Shown one piece after another: positions 12,500 through 27,124 of a stretch of DNA of 64,000 nt (position 1 is the first letter of the stretch; every line of letters starts with the position of its first letter). Source of the stretch: Malacoraja senta (taxonomy: Eukaryota); the NCBI GenBank assembly GCA_038087875.1, contig CM075990.1, positions 15,440,001 to 15,504,000 on the forward strand, given 5' to 3'. Both the position numbers and the translations under genes were made by a program. Below the pieces are notes generated by a model. The model did no database searches, was not told the DNA's origin, and worked only from the letters and a program-made list of their open reading frames with translations.

Positions 12500-13387
12500 G
12501 CTGCTCCCCATTCACTTTGTGCCCGTCTCCCCCCTCTCCTCCACTGCTCTTGCCCCATCCATTTCACCCTCCCTTACCCCTCCCACCTCCATTGTTGTCT
12601 CCTTTTACTCTACCATCTCCAACCTGCTCTCCCTGCCCCTCTCTGTCTCTACCTCCACATCTTCTCTCTCCCATAATCCTGTATTTTTCTCCCACCTCTG
12701 GATCTTCCCCCTTTGTCTCTCTATCCACACTCCAGTCACTTCTTCTTGGCCCATTCATCTCCTTTATCCCTATCTCCTATCCCCTCACGTCTCCCCCCAA
12801 CTATGCCTGAATCTCTCACCAATGGTATCTTTCTAATTCTCTCACACCTGCCTCTCGCCTCAACAATTTTTTTATCTCTTCTCTACCTCTCCATCTCCCT
12901 TTCCTGTCTCTCTCTTTTATTCCACTTCCCTGCCTCATCTCCCTCTCCCTTTCACTTCCCCCCCTTCTATGCCCTCCTTCTCTCTCCCCCTCCCATCTCC
13001 TCTCCCTTTCTCCCTATCCCACTCTCCCTCTCCCACTCTCCCTCTCCTCTCTTCCTCTCCCTATTATCCCCCCCTCCTCTCTCACTTCCCTCCTCCATCC
13101 TTCCCTCACCCTCTATCACTCCCCCTCCCTCCCTGTCTTTCTCTCTCCCTCTCCCCTTCCCCACTTATTTTACTCTTCCTCTTCCCCTTTGTTCTCCTCT
13201 CCTCCCCCTTCCTCTCTCCCCCTTCCTCTCTCCCCCTTCCTCTCTCCCTCTCCCTCTCCCTCTCCCTCTCCCCCTTCCTCTCTCCCTCTTCCTCTCCCTC
13301 TCCCTCTCCCTCTCCCTCTCCATCTCCCTCTCCCCCTTCCTCTCTCCCCCTTCCTCTCTCCCTCTCCCTCTCCCTCTCTCCCCCCAC
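12500..13387. repeat. Polypyrimidine (CT-rich) low-complexity tract including (CTCTCC)n
   Basis: Direct reading; a mirror-composition GA-rich tract lies at ~385-1000. Confidence 0.95.
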
Positions 13388-14174
13388 CGACAACGACCAT
13401 TTGCCTCTTTTGCATGACAGATGATGTAGCTATGAGTAGCTTATGGGTCGATAAAGCGGGTTACAGGGCCTAATGATTCCTTTTCCACTTTGTCTGAAAG
13501 CCTGATGAAGCTAATTTATCTAATCTTTAGAACTAAAGAATGTGATTTTGTAAACCTCGACCTGTATTGAATACGCATCATTTTGGATGTGCTACTCAAT
13601 CCAATTCTCCCATCATACGGGAGTTTCAAGGAGCTGTTATGAGAGCACTGTTTAGTACAGCTGATTCACATAACTTTCACTTTTTATTAATATCGCTGTA
13701 TAATTTCTTGTTCACTCCCACTGGTTTTCTACCACAACATTAAGGCAACTAACCTTGTTTGAGCAGGAAGGGTTTAACCCTCTGTGATCTCCTCTCCTTT
13801 GCTGAATGCTTCTTTCCTACCCACATGGCACCTTTCCCTCTGCCTCTGCTCCATTCCAGTCCAAATCCTGTGCCTCCCCACCCTTCCATACACCTTGAAA
13901 CCAGCAGGCTTCCTTGTCCCAAAACAGTGCCATTTTCCTCAAAGCTCTCCATCATTGAAAGATAGTATTTTCTTTGTCAAAGCTGTTTATTTTATTTTAT
14001 TTTTATTGTCACCTGTACTAAGGTGAAGTGAGAGGTTTTTATTTGCATGTTATCCAGTTTTATCAGGATGCATCACAGCTTGGTTTGGGAACAGCTCCAT
14101 CCAAGACTGAAAGAAATTGTTGCAAATTGTGGACGTAGCAAAGACCATATCACAAATCAACCTCCCTTCTATTG

Positions 14175-14430
14175 AAGGTAGATACTAAATGCTGGAGTAA
14201 CTCAGCGGGACAGGCAGCATCTCTGGAGAGAAGGAATAGGTGATGTTTTGGGTCGAGACCCTTCTTCAGACTGATGGGCACTCACTCCCCTGACATCAGT
14301 CTGAAGAAGGGTCTCGACCTGAAACATCACCCATTCCTTCTCTAAGGAGACGCTGCCTGTCCTGCTGAGTTACTCCAGCATTTTGCGTCTATCTTCGATT
14401 TAAACCAGCCTCTGCAATTCTTTCCTACTC
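14175..14430. mobile_element. Palindromic (head-to-head) Penelope-like terminal fragment
   Basis: ATGCTGGAGTAACTCAGC...CCCTTCTTCAGACTGATG / CATCAGTCTGAAGAAGGG...GCTGAGTTACTCCAGCAT. Similar hairpins lie at ~4885-5060, 6253-6440, 15494-15650, 19085-19275 and 59275-59440. Confidence 0.8.
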
Positions 14431-14624
14431 CCTTCTATTGACTTCATCTATACCTCACGCTGCCTCAGCAAGGCCAGCAGCATAATCAAGGACGAGTCAC
14501 ACCCTGGCCACTCCTTCTTTCCCCCACTCCCATCAGGCAAAAGGTATGGAACTGTGAAAACACACACCACCAGATTCAGGGACAGTGTCTTCCCAGCTGT
14601 TATCAGGCAACTGAATCATCCTAG

Positions 14625-14852
14625 AGGGCCTGTCCCACCTTCACAACCTAATTCACAACCTCTGCCGAGTTTGCCATTGACTCATACTCACAGCATGGTC
14701 GTTACGAGGTCGTAGGAGGTCGTAGGTAGCTCGTAGGGAGGTCGTGATGCTAGTCGTGGCATCAAGTAGGTCGGGGCGTTTTTCTAGCCTGATGAAAAAT
14801 GTCCATGAGTAAAAAAGGTCGTGAATTAGGTGGTGAAAGTGGGACAGGCCCT
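14625..14852. mobile_element. MITE, GGGCCTGTCCCAC-terminal family, copy 2
   Basis: AGGGCCTGTCCCAC...GTGGGACAGGCCCT with subterminal CCTAATTCAC/GTGAATTAGG. It interrupts the 3' end of a Rex1-like fragment. Confidence 0.85.
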
Positions 14853-16129
14853 TACCACAACCAGAGAGCAGTGCTGAACTGCTATATACCTCTTTGGTGA
14901 CCATCAGACTATCCTTGATCGGACTTTGCTGGCTTTACCCGGCACTAAACGTTATTCCCTTATCATGTGCAGGACCTGGCTCTAATTCACCTTTCAGCTT
15001 TTTCTGTTTTGCTTGTATCTATTGATCAAGGATAATATTTCTCTGGACATGAGATTCTTGAAGACAATGACATTGCTGCTCTGATTATGATGAGATATCA
15101 ACAATGAGCTGAAATTATCCTTCAGCATTCCTTACTTCAAGGTTGCCAATTCTAGCTCTTTCGCTCGCAAACTTTCACTTCTTAAGAGGAGCATTTAAAT
15201 CAAAGTGGTAACTGTTTGGTAACTGGCTGCCCTTTGCTGATGTGAAGTCTTTACTGCCATTAAGATTCAGTGGAAGGAGGTGAAATCCTGTGCAAGCAAA
15301 CATACTTAATCCCCCTTGACGGTCAAATCAACATCCACTCCATCCACTTTGAGCGGAGATTTTTGAGCATGATTAAAAGTGGCAGTCCAAGTTCAAATGT
15401 CATTCTTTCAGCCAAGAACACTGGTCCTAACTGTCCTTCCTGTCTCTCCTTTACAAACCAACCCCAATACATATACACTGAAGTCAAGGAACAGGTTTAA
15501 GAAAGAACTGCAGATGCTGGAAAAATCGAAGGTAGACAAAAATGCTGGAGAAACTCAGCGGGTGAGGCAGCATCTATAGAGCAATCTTCCTTCGCTGCAT
15601 AGATGCTGCCTCACCCACTGAGTTTCACCAGCATTTTTGTCTACCTTCAAGGAACAGGTAATATTTTCTCTTTCAAAGTCCAGGTAGAAGCAGAGTTGCT
15701 AATAGCATTTAACAAATGTCAAGATGATAATTTGAATAATCTCGGTAGAGATCACAGGACTCAGTGCTGGAAGATGGGTTTATTACAGATGGATAACCAC
15801 TGGTCAGCGTAGACATGGTGGGCCAAATGGCCTGTTTGCCTGCTGTATGACTCCAACTGTTTGGACGGGCGATAGTTAAGTCCACAAGATTAATGTTTGC
15901 ACACAGCTGACAATGGCCTTTCCTTTATCATCGTTAGCTTTTTCTATATTTTACATTAGTTTGTTCTTTATCTCTCTACATCACTGTCTATATCTCTTGT
16001 TTCCCTTTTCCCTGGCTCTCAGTCTGAAGAAGGTTCTTGACCCGAAACGTCACCTATTCCTTTTCTCCAGAGAGATGTCTGACCTGCTGAGGTACTCCAG
16101 ATTTTTGTGTCACTCTCCGACTACTTCTC

Positions 16130-17210
16130 CAGCTTAATTTTCAAGTGGTCCAATGTCCACTCTTGCCTCTCATTTACTCTTTATATATCTGAAAAAAACT
16201 TTTAGTATCCTCTTTTATATTATTGGCTATTTTATCTTCATATTTCATCTTTTCTCCCCTTATTGCCTTTTTAGTTGTCTCTGTTGGTTTAAAAAACATT
16301 GCAATCTCTAGCTTCCTGCTAATCTCTGCCGTATTATATATCTTCTCTTTAGGTTTGATACTGGTTTTGGCTTCCTTTGTCATCCAAGGTCGTCTCATTC
16401 TCCCCTTAGCATGTTTCTTCCTCTTTGAGATGAAACAATCCTGTGTCTTCCGAATTACTCCCAGAAACTCCTGCTATTGCTACTCCACTACAATTTCTGC
16501 TATGGACCCCTTCCAATCAACTGGCCAGCTTCACCCTCAAGCCTCGATAGTTACCTTCACTCAACAGTAATACCGATAGATGCAATTTCAGATTCTCTCT
16601 CTCAAACTGCAGGTTGAATTCTATCATATTATGATCACAGTTTCATAGGGCACCTTCACCTTAAGTTCTCTAATCAAACCTGGTTCATTACACAACATCA
16701 AATCCGGTTCAATCACAAACTAAAAAGCCACCTCATAGACTGTCTACAAATTCCTTCTCTTGGGATCCAAAACCAACCTGATTTTCCAAATCTACCTGCA
16801 TATTGAAATCCCCATGGCTACTGCAACAATTCCTTTCTTACATGCCATTTCCATCTGATATAATCTGTATCCTATATCCTGACTACTATTCGAGGCTTGT
16901 ATATAACTGCTGTCATGGTCTATTTACCCTTGCACAAGGATTCTACATCCTCTGAATATTACAAAATGTATCTGATTATCTGAATATTACAGAATTTATC
17001 CCAGATCATTTCTCAATAAGGATTGGATTTCAATGCCAACAGAGCCACCCTACTCTCTCTACCTATATGCCTGTCTTTTCAATAGGATGCGTATCCATGG
17101 ATGGTCAGCTCCCAATTTTGATCCTCTTCCAGCCATGAGCTTGTGATGCCCACAATGTCCTACCTGCCGACTTCTAACCGCGCCAGAACCTCATCCACCT
17201 TGTTCGTGTC
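16130..17210 (-). mobile_element. Degenerate CR1 ORF2 internal fragment (endonuclease/linker region)
   Basis: RPWMTKEAKTSIK.KEKIY...KKAIRGEKMKYEDKIANNIKEDTKSFFQ. Confidence 0.8.
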
Positions 17211-18639
17211 CAGGCCCGCGAGGAGCAAACAATACAAAAGACCAATAAATCACTCTCGGTTCAAGAGTAGCAGACGAAGCCCCCAGTGTTCAAGCATTGC
17301 CACAGAACCTTTTGCTGAAGAAGGGTCTCGACCCCAAAACATCACCTATCCCTTTTCTCCAGAGATGCTGTCTGACCTGTTGAGTTTCTCCAGCTTTTTA
17401 TGTCCATCTTTTGCCTTTATTGTTACAGGTAGCCCAGGTAGCACCTCTACATTAACTTGAAAGTGGTATTTCTGACAATTCATCAGCTGTGGGCATGATT
17501 AACACCAGACACTGACTAGAGGGGATAAATATTGCTATGGCAAGCTGCCCTTTGTTAGGCCGAGTCTAAACCATTCAATTGGCAATGATAGGGATAAGTT
17601 ACTTAGAAACTATTGTTTGCTTTGTGTTTTTGTGATTAGAAGTCAAGTGAGGAACTGCATCTTTTCAATATCTCGGTATTTATGGGCATCATAAATTCTG
17701 TAATATTCCCCTTGTGGTAGAGGTTTAATGCATTTGGCTCTGCTCTGTTCATTCTGAGTAAGCAGGAGTTGGCATTACAATTCCCCAAATCCCACAAGTG
17801 TCTATAATTGTTGGAAAACACACGTTAAAGAGGACAATCGTTCTGGATGAAATAACAACAGCATTTCAAACAAGTATGATATTGACCCAGCAGGCATATT
17901 AAAAGAAAAAAGAAAGTTCTGAGACTTTAATTGTGGTGCTATTGATCAACACAGTTTTAAGCTTAAAGGTAAAATGTCTGTCACAACTCTATGCTTTAAC
18001 TCCAAGATTTCCAACATCTATTTCATACTTTTTTGTACAGTTCCATTATAATCTGTCAGCAGTTGGTGCTGAAAGAGACATTTAATATGATAAAACTGAG
18101 TATCATGCATGTATGAATGAACAAGCTAATGAATGGATAAAATGGTGAAAGCTTTACAGCTTGGAAGGCATTTAACCATGCTACTGTTCTATTTATCATC
18201 TTAATTTTTTTTAGTGCAGTTCATTTTACCTGACTGGCTAACATCATACTAACACACACAGATATTGAAACATTTGTTGGAGTATCTGAAGCCTCCAGTT
18301 GACAATAAAGTGAGGGAGTTGTGTATTTTCTTCTCCTGATGGATTGAGTGTATCCAGGTCTTTGATTGTGTAGGAAGACAGAGGAATCTTAAGGCACTGG
18401 TTGGAAGGCTGATCCTCTCTGGAATTAGATGTGAGACATCAGCGGTTTTGAATTCGCGGGTTGGAAATCTGCTTTTGATTCGAGAGAGGTTGTCCTCAAT
18501 GTGTTTGCCATCATTCATCAGTCAACTGTTATCTCTGGAAGACAATACATTTAAAAAATAATAATAGATGCTGTCTTATTTTCCATGGTTCAGAAAAATA
18601 AGACAACATATCCGTGACATTCTCACTGGAGAGTTCTTT

Positions 18640-18965
18640 TAGTTTTTAGTTTTAGTTTTAGAGATACAGCGCGGAAACAGGGCCTTCAGCCCACCGAGAC
18701 CGCGTCGACCAGCGATCTCCGCACATTAACACTATCCTACACACACTAGGGACAATTTACACACACACCAAGCCAATTAACTTACATACCCTGTACGTCT
18801 TTGGAGTGTGGGAGGAAACCAAAGATCATGGAGAAAACCCGCGCGGTCATGGGGAGAACGTACAAACTCCGTACAGACAGTAGCCATAGTCGGGATTGAA
18901 CCCGGGTCTCTGGCAGCTGCAAGCACTGTAAGGCAGCAACGCTACCACTGTGCCACCGTGCCGCC
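18640..18965 (-). mobile_element. HE1-like V-SINE
   Basis: Full-length reverse-complement copy. Confidence 0.9.
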
Positions 18966-19657
18966 CCTTATAAGCTCTCCTATTCACACAGCTGAGTTGT
19001 TGAAACAAATAGCAGCAAAACAGACCCTTCAGCCCCTCTGGTTTGTGCGGACCATCAAGCACCCACATACACCAATACTATCGCAAAACACAGAGTGTAA
19101 CTCAGTAGGTCAGCCAGCATCTGTGGGAGGAATAGATAGGTGACGTTTTCGGTTGGGTCCCTTCTTAGAGACATTGTCTATCCATTCCTTCCACAGATGC
19201 TGCCTGACCTGTTGAGTTACTCCAGCACTTTGTGCTTTACTCAAGATTCCAGCATCTGCAGTTTCTTGTGTCTACACTAATACTATGTTATTCTTCCCAC
19301 ATTTACAAAATAATCCAGTAAGATTTCAAGGATGATGTGTGAAAGGCAAGAATGGCAAGATTAGCAAATCCTCTATGGCACGGGGTATTGAGGATTCATA
19401 GGCGATGTAAAGGAATCCGGATGTGACTCCGGACCTAACATAATATGAGATATGGTTGGTATTTATCAGTTCTCTCCGGTGTCCCAACAAATACTCAATT
19501 CCTATAACATGTATCTATACACTGTAAATGGATCGATTGTAATCATGTATTGTCTGTCTGTCTGCTGACTGGTTAACAGACAACAAAGGTTGTCACTGTA
19601 CCTCGGTACACGTGACAATAAACTAAACTGAAACATAGAACAGTACAGCATTGGAAC

Positions 19658-19857
19658 NNNNNNNNNNNNNNNNNNNNNNNNNNNNNNNNNNNNNNNNNNN
19701 NNNNNNNNNNNNNNNNNNNNNNNNNNNNNNNNNNNNNNNNNNNNNNNNNNNNNNNNNNNNNNNNNNNNNNNNNNNNNNNNNNNNNNNNNNNNNNNNNNNN
19801 NNNNNNNNNNNNNNNNNNNNNNNNNNNNNNNNNNNNNNNNNNNNNNNNNNNNNNNNN
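19658..19857. other. Assembly gap (200 N)
   Basis: Run of N; the round length suggests a placeholder of unknown true size. Confidence 0.99.
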
Positions 19858-20535
19858 ACTTGCTCCCCTAGAATTATTGCTGCATACAGATCAAAAGACC
19901 CAGCGCATATTTTACACAGTAAACAGGGACCTTCTGTTAGTCTATGAAATGTTTGGAGTTTCTGTAAACCCGAAGCAATTCTCGTGTAATATTGTATCAT
20001 ATGTTAAGTGGATGAAGCTGTTTACTTGTCAAACATCCGTACTTTAACCCCTGACATAAGGGGGACAGAAAGCACCCAATACATCCCCTCTCCCCCCCAC
20101 CCCCCCCCCCTCCCCCGTCATCACCCCTGCCCCACCAATTATTAGCCTTTGTTTCCCGCCACCAAGCCAAAATCAATTAATGGCAATCTAATGTAAATGG
20201 ACAAGATAAAAGGAATGTAAAAAATGTGGGTTCCTTTCTCATCGTGACACATCTCACATATGGCCCAAAGTACAGAAACCAGGGCTCGAAGGACTCCCTG
20301 CAAACGATGAATTGCCTGAGGGGAAGTAGCTGGATGAGTCCCTCTGATTGGTTACTGCTGTCATTAGTGCCACTGCTGTTTAAGAAGTACATGCAGACAG
20401 GATGGGGTGACAGCTAGGACTTTAAAGGCTGCGTTTTCTCTAACAGCCTTTCCTACCTCTTTCATGACAGAAATATTTCAGCTCTATCATTAACTGCTGA
20501 CAAACTGACAGAATAAATACTTCACCCTTTAAGGA

Positions 20536-20537
<2 letters not shown>

Positions 20538-20581
<44 letters not shown>
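20538..20581. repeat. (CT)n microsatellite just downstream of the 94-nt exon donor
   Basis: Direct reading of the sequence. Confidence 0.95.
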
Positions 20582-20584
<3 letters not shown>

Positions 20585-20638
20585 CATTCTCGTTCCTTTT
20601 AGACGAGAGAGGTTTTTTTTTATGCTGCCTCCTCTTAC

Positions 20639-20732
20639 CTCATCATTTTCGGTGAACTGTTGGGTGAATTTCGCATGCCTCCGTTCCGTTGCTTTTTTTT
20701 GGGAGACAGCACTGATGGGTTTTCATCATGAA
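20639..20732 (-). CDS. KCNMA1: KCNMA1 exon, 94 nt, (L)[30 protein letters not shown](R), RCK1-RCK2 linker
   Basis: tcttccatctgtttgcag|TTCATGATGAAAACCCA...AAAATGATGAG|gtaaga. It matches recalled human [32 protein letters not shown] in length and phase (1 to 2). Confidence 0.97.
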
Positions 20733-21576
20733 CTGCAAACAGATGGAAGATGGGGAGGTTAGAAGCCGAACAGAGGCTGGCACGAAATGAAAATGCAATT
20801 TTAAAAAGGAAGCCATATTAAACCGAAAGTGACTCATTATCAAAGTTAAAGATCCCTGCACTTCAGGCAGCTCACGAGACTTGAGAATTAAAACAATATA
20901 TTAATCAAGATGTTTTTAAATCGTAATAAGGTTAAAATTATTTCAATTATGGTGCAACAAAACAAGGTAAGAGAAAGAAATATCAAAGCAATGCACATCA
21001 AACAAAACACACACACACACAAAGGAAAACTGTGATTGGATTTGGCCTAAATTTGGGTGGTGGGAGTTCAAGTTAACTCCCAACTTCTGCAAAGTCACAA
21101 GATATGTAAGATATGCAATGTGGTTACGTGGTTTAGTAAAAGAGAAATCAAACCACTCGGTTTTATAGGTGGAGCCGTTCCAAGCCTGTCGTCTTTCACG
21201 TATTGACTCCAAATGTTCGGCAATGGTGAAAGGAACTACACATGGAGATAACTTGGGCAAAGCAAACAGTGCGGGAGATAGGTCTGGAGGCTGGGCCTCC
21301 CTGCATTCCAAACAACAGCTGTTAAAAAAGGTAGAGACAATGTTTAACCAAAGTATTTAATCCATTGCGGAAACATCATTAATCTTGGCTATCAACTCAA
21401 ACAGGACATAAAAACATCAAGCCGTTGTAACTCTGTACCTCAGTACGGTGAATCTGTATTAGTATGGGTGTCAAAGGTTATGGGGAGAAGGAAGGAGAAT
21501 GGTGTTGAGAGGGAAAATTAGATCAGCCATGATTGAATGGCAGAACTGGCTTGAATGGCCTAATTCTGCTCCTATG

Positions 21577-21973
21577 CCTCACTGACCTGTTTCACCAGAG
21601 ATCCTCTTTCTGTTCTCCATCCATGATCCTATTGCTCTTCTGGGAGCTCACACTGCCATCCCATCAGATAATAGACGTCATTGTTTATCCCAAAAATTCC
21701 GCGGCCAAGAATCGCAGCTGAGATTTTGAAGACATCTGACCGACTAAAATGTTTTAATTTGCGGCATAATTTGCATCAGAGTACTGGGATTTAGTTGGAA
21801 TGCTTCAGGCAGATAGATGAAGCAGTCAATATTTTCCACACCGGCCGGGGTATTTTGGGGATAAACAATGACATCTATTATCTGATGGGATGGCAATGTG
21901 AGCTCCATGAAGAGCAATAGGATCATAGATGGAGAACAGAAAGAGGATCTCTGGTGAAAACAGGTCAGTGAGG
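21577..21973. repeat. Inverted repeat with 130-bp arms (21577-21706, 21843-21973) and a 136-bp spacer
   Basis: CCTCACTGACCTGTTTCACCAGAGATCCTCTTTCTGTTCTCCATC... versus ...GATGGAGAACAGAAAGAGGATCTCTGGTGAAAACAGGTCAGTGAGG. Confidence 0.93.
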
Positions 21974-22494
21974 GTCAGTTAGACTGAAGCCATCATAAGT
22001 CACAGGAACTGAATTATGCCATTCGGCCCATCAAGTCAGCTCCACCATTTGATCATGGCTGATCTATTTCTCCCTCTCAACACCATTCTCCCGCCTTCTC
22101 CCCATAACCTTTGACACCCTTACTAATCAAGAACCTATCAACCACTGCTTTAAAAATACTCAATGACTTGGTCTCCACTTCCGTCTGTGGCAATGAATGC
22201 CAAAGATCCACCATCATGAGAAGGGACTAGTAGAGAAAGAGCTAATGGCCGGGGTCACAGAGTGTTCACAGCTCTGCTGTCGGTGTGCGAGGTTAACGGT
22301 ACAGCACCAACCTTTCCTTTTACCATTTACTACAACATATCTTTAACCCTTTGGGCGACTGCACAAGCCCAGCCTTTTACACAACAGGACTGCAGAAAGA
22401 ATCTACGATGGGAACTTTCCCCTCACCTCGATCACTGAGCAAAACAAAGGCAGGGATATATTGCTGCATGAAGCTACCGAACAATGGATATAGA

Positions 22495-23975
22495 GTCGAT
22501 GTGGGAAGGATGTCTCTGTAGTGGAACCAGAGGGCCATTACAGCCTCAGAATAAAAGAATGTACCTTTAGAATGGAGATGAGGAGGAATTTCTTTATCCC
22601 GAGGGTGGTGAATCTGCCACAGACGGCTGTGGAGAACAAGTCATTGGGTATTTTTGAAGTGGAGATTAAGGTCCTTGATTAGAAAGGGTGTCAAATCTTA
22701 CGGGCAGAAGGCTGGAGAATGGGGTTGAGAGGGAAAAATAGATCAGCCATGATCAAATGGTGGAGTGGACTCAGTGGGCTGAATGGCCTAATTCTGCTCC
22801 TGTGTTTTATGGCCTATGGTCTAAGTTTGCCGATAGAAATGGGGAATAGACTGCAATATTGTTGTTCCACCAAAATGGCTGAAACAAATTGAAACCTTTG
22901 GAAAAGCTTGATATCACCACTAACTGTTGCAAAGACTGAGTACTGAGCAACACCATTAATATCTTCAATATTAATACGTTGTTTCTGCAGTGTGCAGACT
23001 TTAATATTCTAAAAAATCTAATTACTTACAATAATGTGCTTTATTATTACTGATATATTTAGGTATTTGATAACATTGGTTAAGCTTTTTTTATCAATTT
23101 TATTTGCATGTATACAACTCAATATGTCCAGAACCAGGGGCCACAGTCTGAGAATAAAGGGGAGGCCATTTAAAACTGAGATGAGAAAAAAACATTTTTC
23201 ACCCAGAGAGTTGTGAATTTGTGGAATTCTCTGCCACACAAGGCAGTAGAGGCCAATTCACTGGTTGAATTTAAAAATGAGTTAGATAGAGCTCTTGGGT
23301 CTAGCAGAATCAAGGGATATGGGGAGAAGGCAGGCACGGGTTACTGATTGTGGATGATCAGCCATGATCACAATGAATGGCTCGAAGAGCTGAATGGCCT
23401 CCTCCTGCACCTATTTTCTATGTTTCTTTGTTTCTATGTTTCATCCAGAACATAATTAGCATGACATTAGTTTCCATTGGAATATGCTCTTACTTAGAAC
23501 TGCTCTAGAGGAAAGACCAATGGGTACAAATGAAATTGGGGTAGGAGATGGCCATTCAACACCTTAGCACCGACTCCACCATTCAATGTCAAGGCTGGTT
23601 GCTATTGGAGCCTAGTGGCCTAGTTCCCATTCCTTCTGGTCCATGAATCTATCAAGTCCAGCCTTGAGTACAAGCAACAGTACACCATCCACAACCCTCC
23701 GAGGAGAAAATTCCAATCATTTACAAGTGAAAAAATCCCTCATCTCCTTCGTACATAGTCGACCCCTATTCAATAGACAATACACAACAGACAATAGGTG
23801 CAGGAGTAGGCCATTCGGCCCTTCGAGCCAGCACCGCCATTTAATGTGATCATGGCTGATCATCCCCAATCAGTACCCCGTTCCTGCCTTCTCCCCATAT
23901 CCCCTGACCGCTATTTTTAAGAGCCCTATCTAGCTCTCTCTTGAAAGCATCCAGAGAACCGGCCTCCACCGCCCT
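22495..23975. mobile_element. Cluster of CR1 3' ends (~22500-22825 +, ~23125-23440 +, ~23775-23975 -)
   Basis: Shared GATCAGCCATGATC..ATTGAATGG...GAATGGCCT tail motif and RTRGHSLRIKG coding remnants. Confidence 0.85.
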
Positions 23976-24790
23976 CCTGAAACATATCCGAGTTGCTTCA
24001 GCTGGGAGGATCATCTGTTGTGATGAGCCTCTGAAGAACTTGATGCATTTTGGCGAGATCAACTTTCATCATGAATTCAAGAGAACACTGGGCTGATCCG
24101 ATTAATCCCTCTTCAATCACAGCAACATCAGTCGGAAAGAAAATAACTAATGGGCTGTTAAATGGGGGCAAACTGAGCTATTGGCTGGCATGAAATGCTA
24201 AAGAGCAGACTTTTGGCTCAGGAATTCTCAACATTTTCTGGACTATGTTTAGTTAAACTTCAAACTGTTTTTACTGGCAAGTGATAAGATGACATGATCC
24301 CCCAGATAGCTATCCACAAAACCTGGAAAAGCACATTCTCCACCTTTAGGTCTGTAATATATTACTTTCAAACCGTACAGTGTTTTCATCCCCTATGTTC
24401 ACTATTGTTTTATGATATGCTTCAGCGTTCATTTCTTTAAGTTAAATCAGCACAAATAAAGGTTGCTCCCGAACTACAGTGGCATTATTGGGTGCATGAC
24501 CTGATGTTCATCGAACAGCTACAGTACGCTGTCATCAATTGCCACTGATAATTCTACAGGGTGAGCAGGGAAAGGAAGACATAATCAGTGCTAAATTATT
24601 TAAGCAGTCTGTCCACACAACCGTCAGCTGGGTTTATGCAGAGTGTTCTGAAAGTGACTCGCCGAGATTTTTGCTCATTATTAACTTAAGTAAATGCCAT
24701 GTATTGTATTTCAAAACACAACAGCCTTAAACACTCAAACTCTGGAAATGGCAAGTCTTATTAAGAGCAGCCCTGTTCTGTGAGTGCATC

Positions 24791-25585
<795 letters not shown>

Positions 25586-27124
25586 CTGGCGAACCCAGGC
25601 GTGTGCATGCGTGTCTGCATATGCACACGTGCGGGAGAGTGAGCATAGAAGTGTGACATTGCCGGAGTGTGCTCCAGAATAATGTGGAATGTCACGAGAA
25701 TGCGATTCTTTAGTGTGTGCATATTCACACGCTTGCACGAGGGAGTGCGCTTGAGTGTATGTGTAAGTGCATGTTTGTATCGATATTAGTATTGTGCGTA
25801 TGTGTGTGTGTGTGTGTGTGCATAGATGTTGGCTATATGCGCGTGTCATTGTGCCTGTATGTAAGCATGTGACTGTGTGCATGTTAGTTTTCTGAGTGTG
25901 AGTGTGTATTTTTGTGTGGGTGTGTGAGTATAGATGTTAGTGATGCATGTGTGTGTGTGTGTGTGTGTCTGAGTGTATGGATGTTAGTGTTGTGTATGTG
26001 TGAGTGTGTATGTGTATGTGTGTGCCTGCTATATGTCAGTCTGTGTCAGTGGTCTAATACTTTGAAAGTTAATTGCATTGATTTGGCTTTGTTTTTCTCC
26101 ACTGAGGCTGCTGTGAAGCAGAAACTGAGCTCAGATCACACATTCAAAGGAACGCTTCTAAGTGGACCATACTCCTGTCACCGTTTGGAAGATTTTCTAT
26201 CTAAAGTGTATGTTTCTTTTTCCCACTATTGTTTGAAAGGAGGAATAAAAGGCACCCCAAACTACAATGTCACACACAGCTGTCAGTGCTGTCTGTGATC
26301 TGTAGCCAAGGACAATCCCTGGAGGTCACAGCAAGCAACAACATACATTGCAAGCAACACTGGGGTCTACTGCAGTACCACCAGAGACTGCTCTCTCCAC
26401 CCCCCCCCCTCCCCTCCCACCCCCAGTCTGCAGAGGGCTCAGAAGTTCACAAGTTATAGGAATAAAATTAGGCCATTCGGCCCATCGAGTCTACTCCGCC
26501 ATTCAATCATGGCTGATCTCTGCCTCCTAAGACAATTTTCCTGCCTTCTCCCCATAACCCTTGACACCAAGTCCATTTCGAACACCCATTGTTATCAATC
26601 CTACCCAAACCCATCTTATTCTCCCCAATTTCCTGCCAACTCTTCCCTTAGATGCTACTGGTCATCCGCAATACTGGGGTGATTTGCAGTGGTTGCGGGA
26701 AGAAAGCAGAACACACAGTGAAAACACAATCACATGTAAACTCCACACAGATAGCGCCAGAGGTCAGGATTGAACTCGGGTCTCTGGTCCTGTGAGGCAG
26801 TAGCTTTACTAACTGAGCCACTGTAGACTGATGAGCAGAATGGAAAGTAAAATCTTTTACACTCTGCTGGGTATTGGATCTGCCAAACTTACCTGTTTGG
26901 GATCAGTGTCTCCTGACCCACCAAACTGGTTGATCCCCAATTGAAATGGTATGACAAATATAACTGGAGATGGGTAACAAATGTTGTTTGCTGGCAATAT
27001 CCATGTCCCATCAACAACGAAGGCAATATGTTACGGACATTTTACAACTCTTGCCCTCTACTGTAGAAAAATCCAACTTCCAGCAGATTGCACGGGCGAA
27101 CTAAAAGGCTATCATAAAGGATGG

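Larger units (their letters stand above)
14060..14970 (+). mobile_element. Degenerate Rex1-like LINE 3' fragment interrupted by a PLE hairpin and a MITE
   Basis: Similar to 58020-58300 (CAGCATAATCAAGGAC...CACCCTGGCCAC...CCCATCAGGCAAAAGGTA...CCAGATTCAGG). Confidence 0.75.

Noticed and set aside
12362..13473. Pro/Leu/Ser-rich and Gly/Glu/Arg-rich ORFs (also 368-953)
   Set aside because: Low-complexity purine/pyrimidine tracts that lack stops by composition.
18249..18545. Good minus-strand acceptor (ttgtcttccag) followed by an 89-aa ORF
   Set aside because: Splicing from the 94-nt exon gives RDNS then a stop, and it is not the expected HDPLLIPGN exon. That exon was not found and probably lies outside the window or in the gap.
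19623..20000. ORFs spanning N runs (also 51532-51816)
   Set aside because: Artefacts of assembly gaps.
26893..26963. Possible minus-strand exon with a perfect CAG|GTAAGT donor
   Set aside because: 71 nt would shift the KCNMA1 frame, the acceptor is modest and there is no similarity to Slo1. It could only be a poison exon, which is unsupported.
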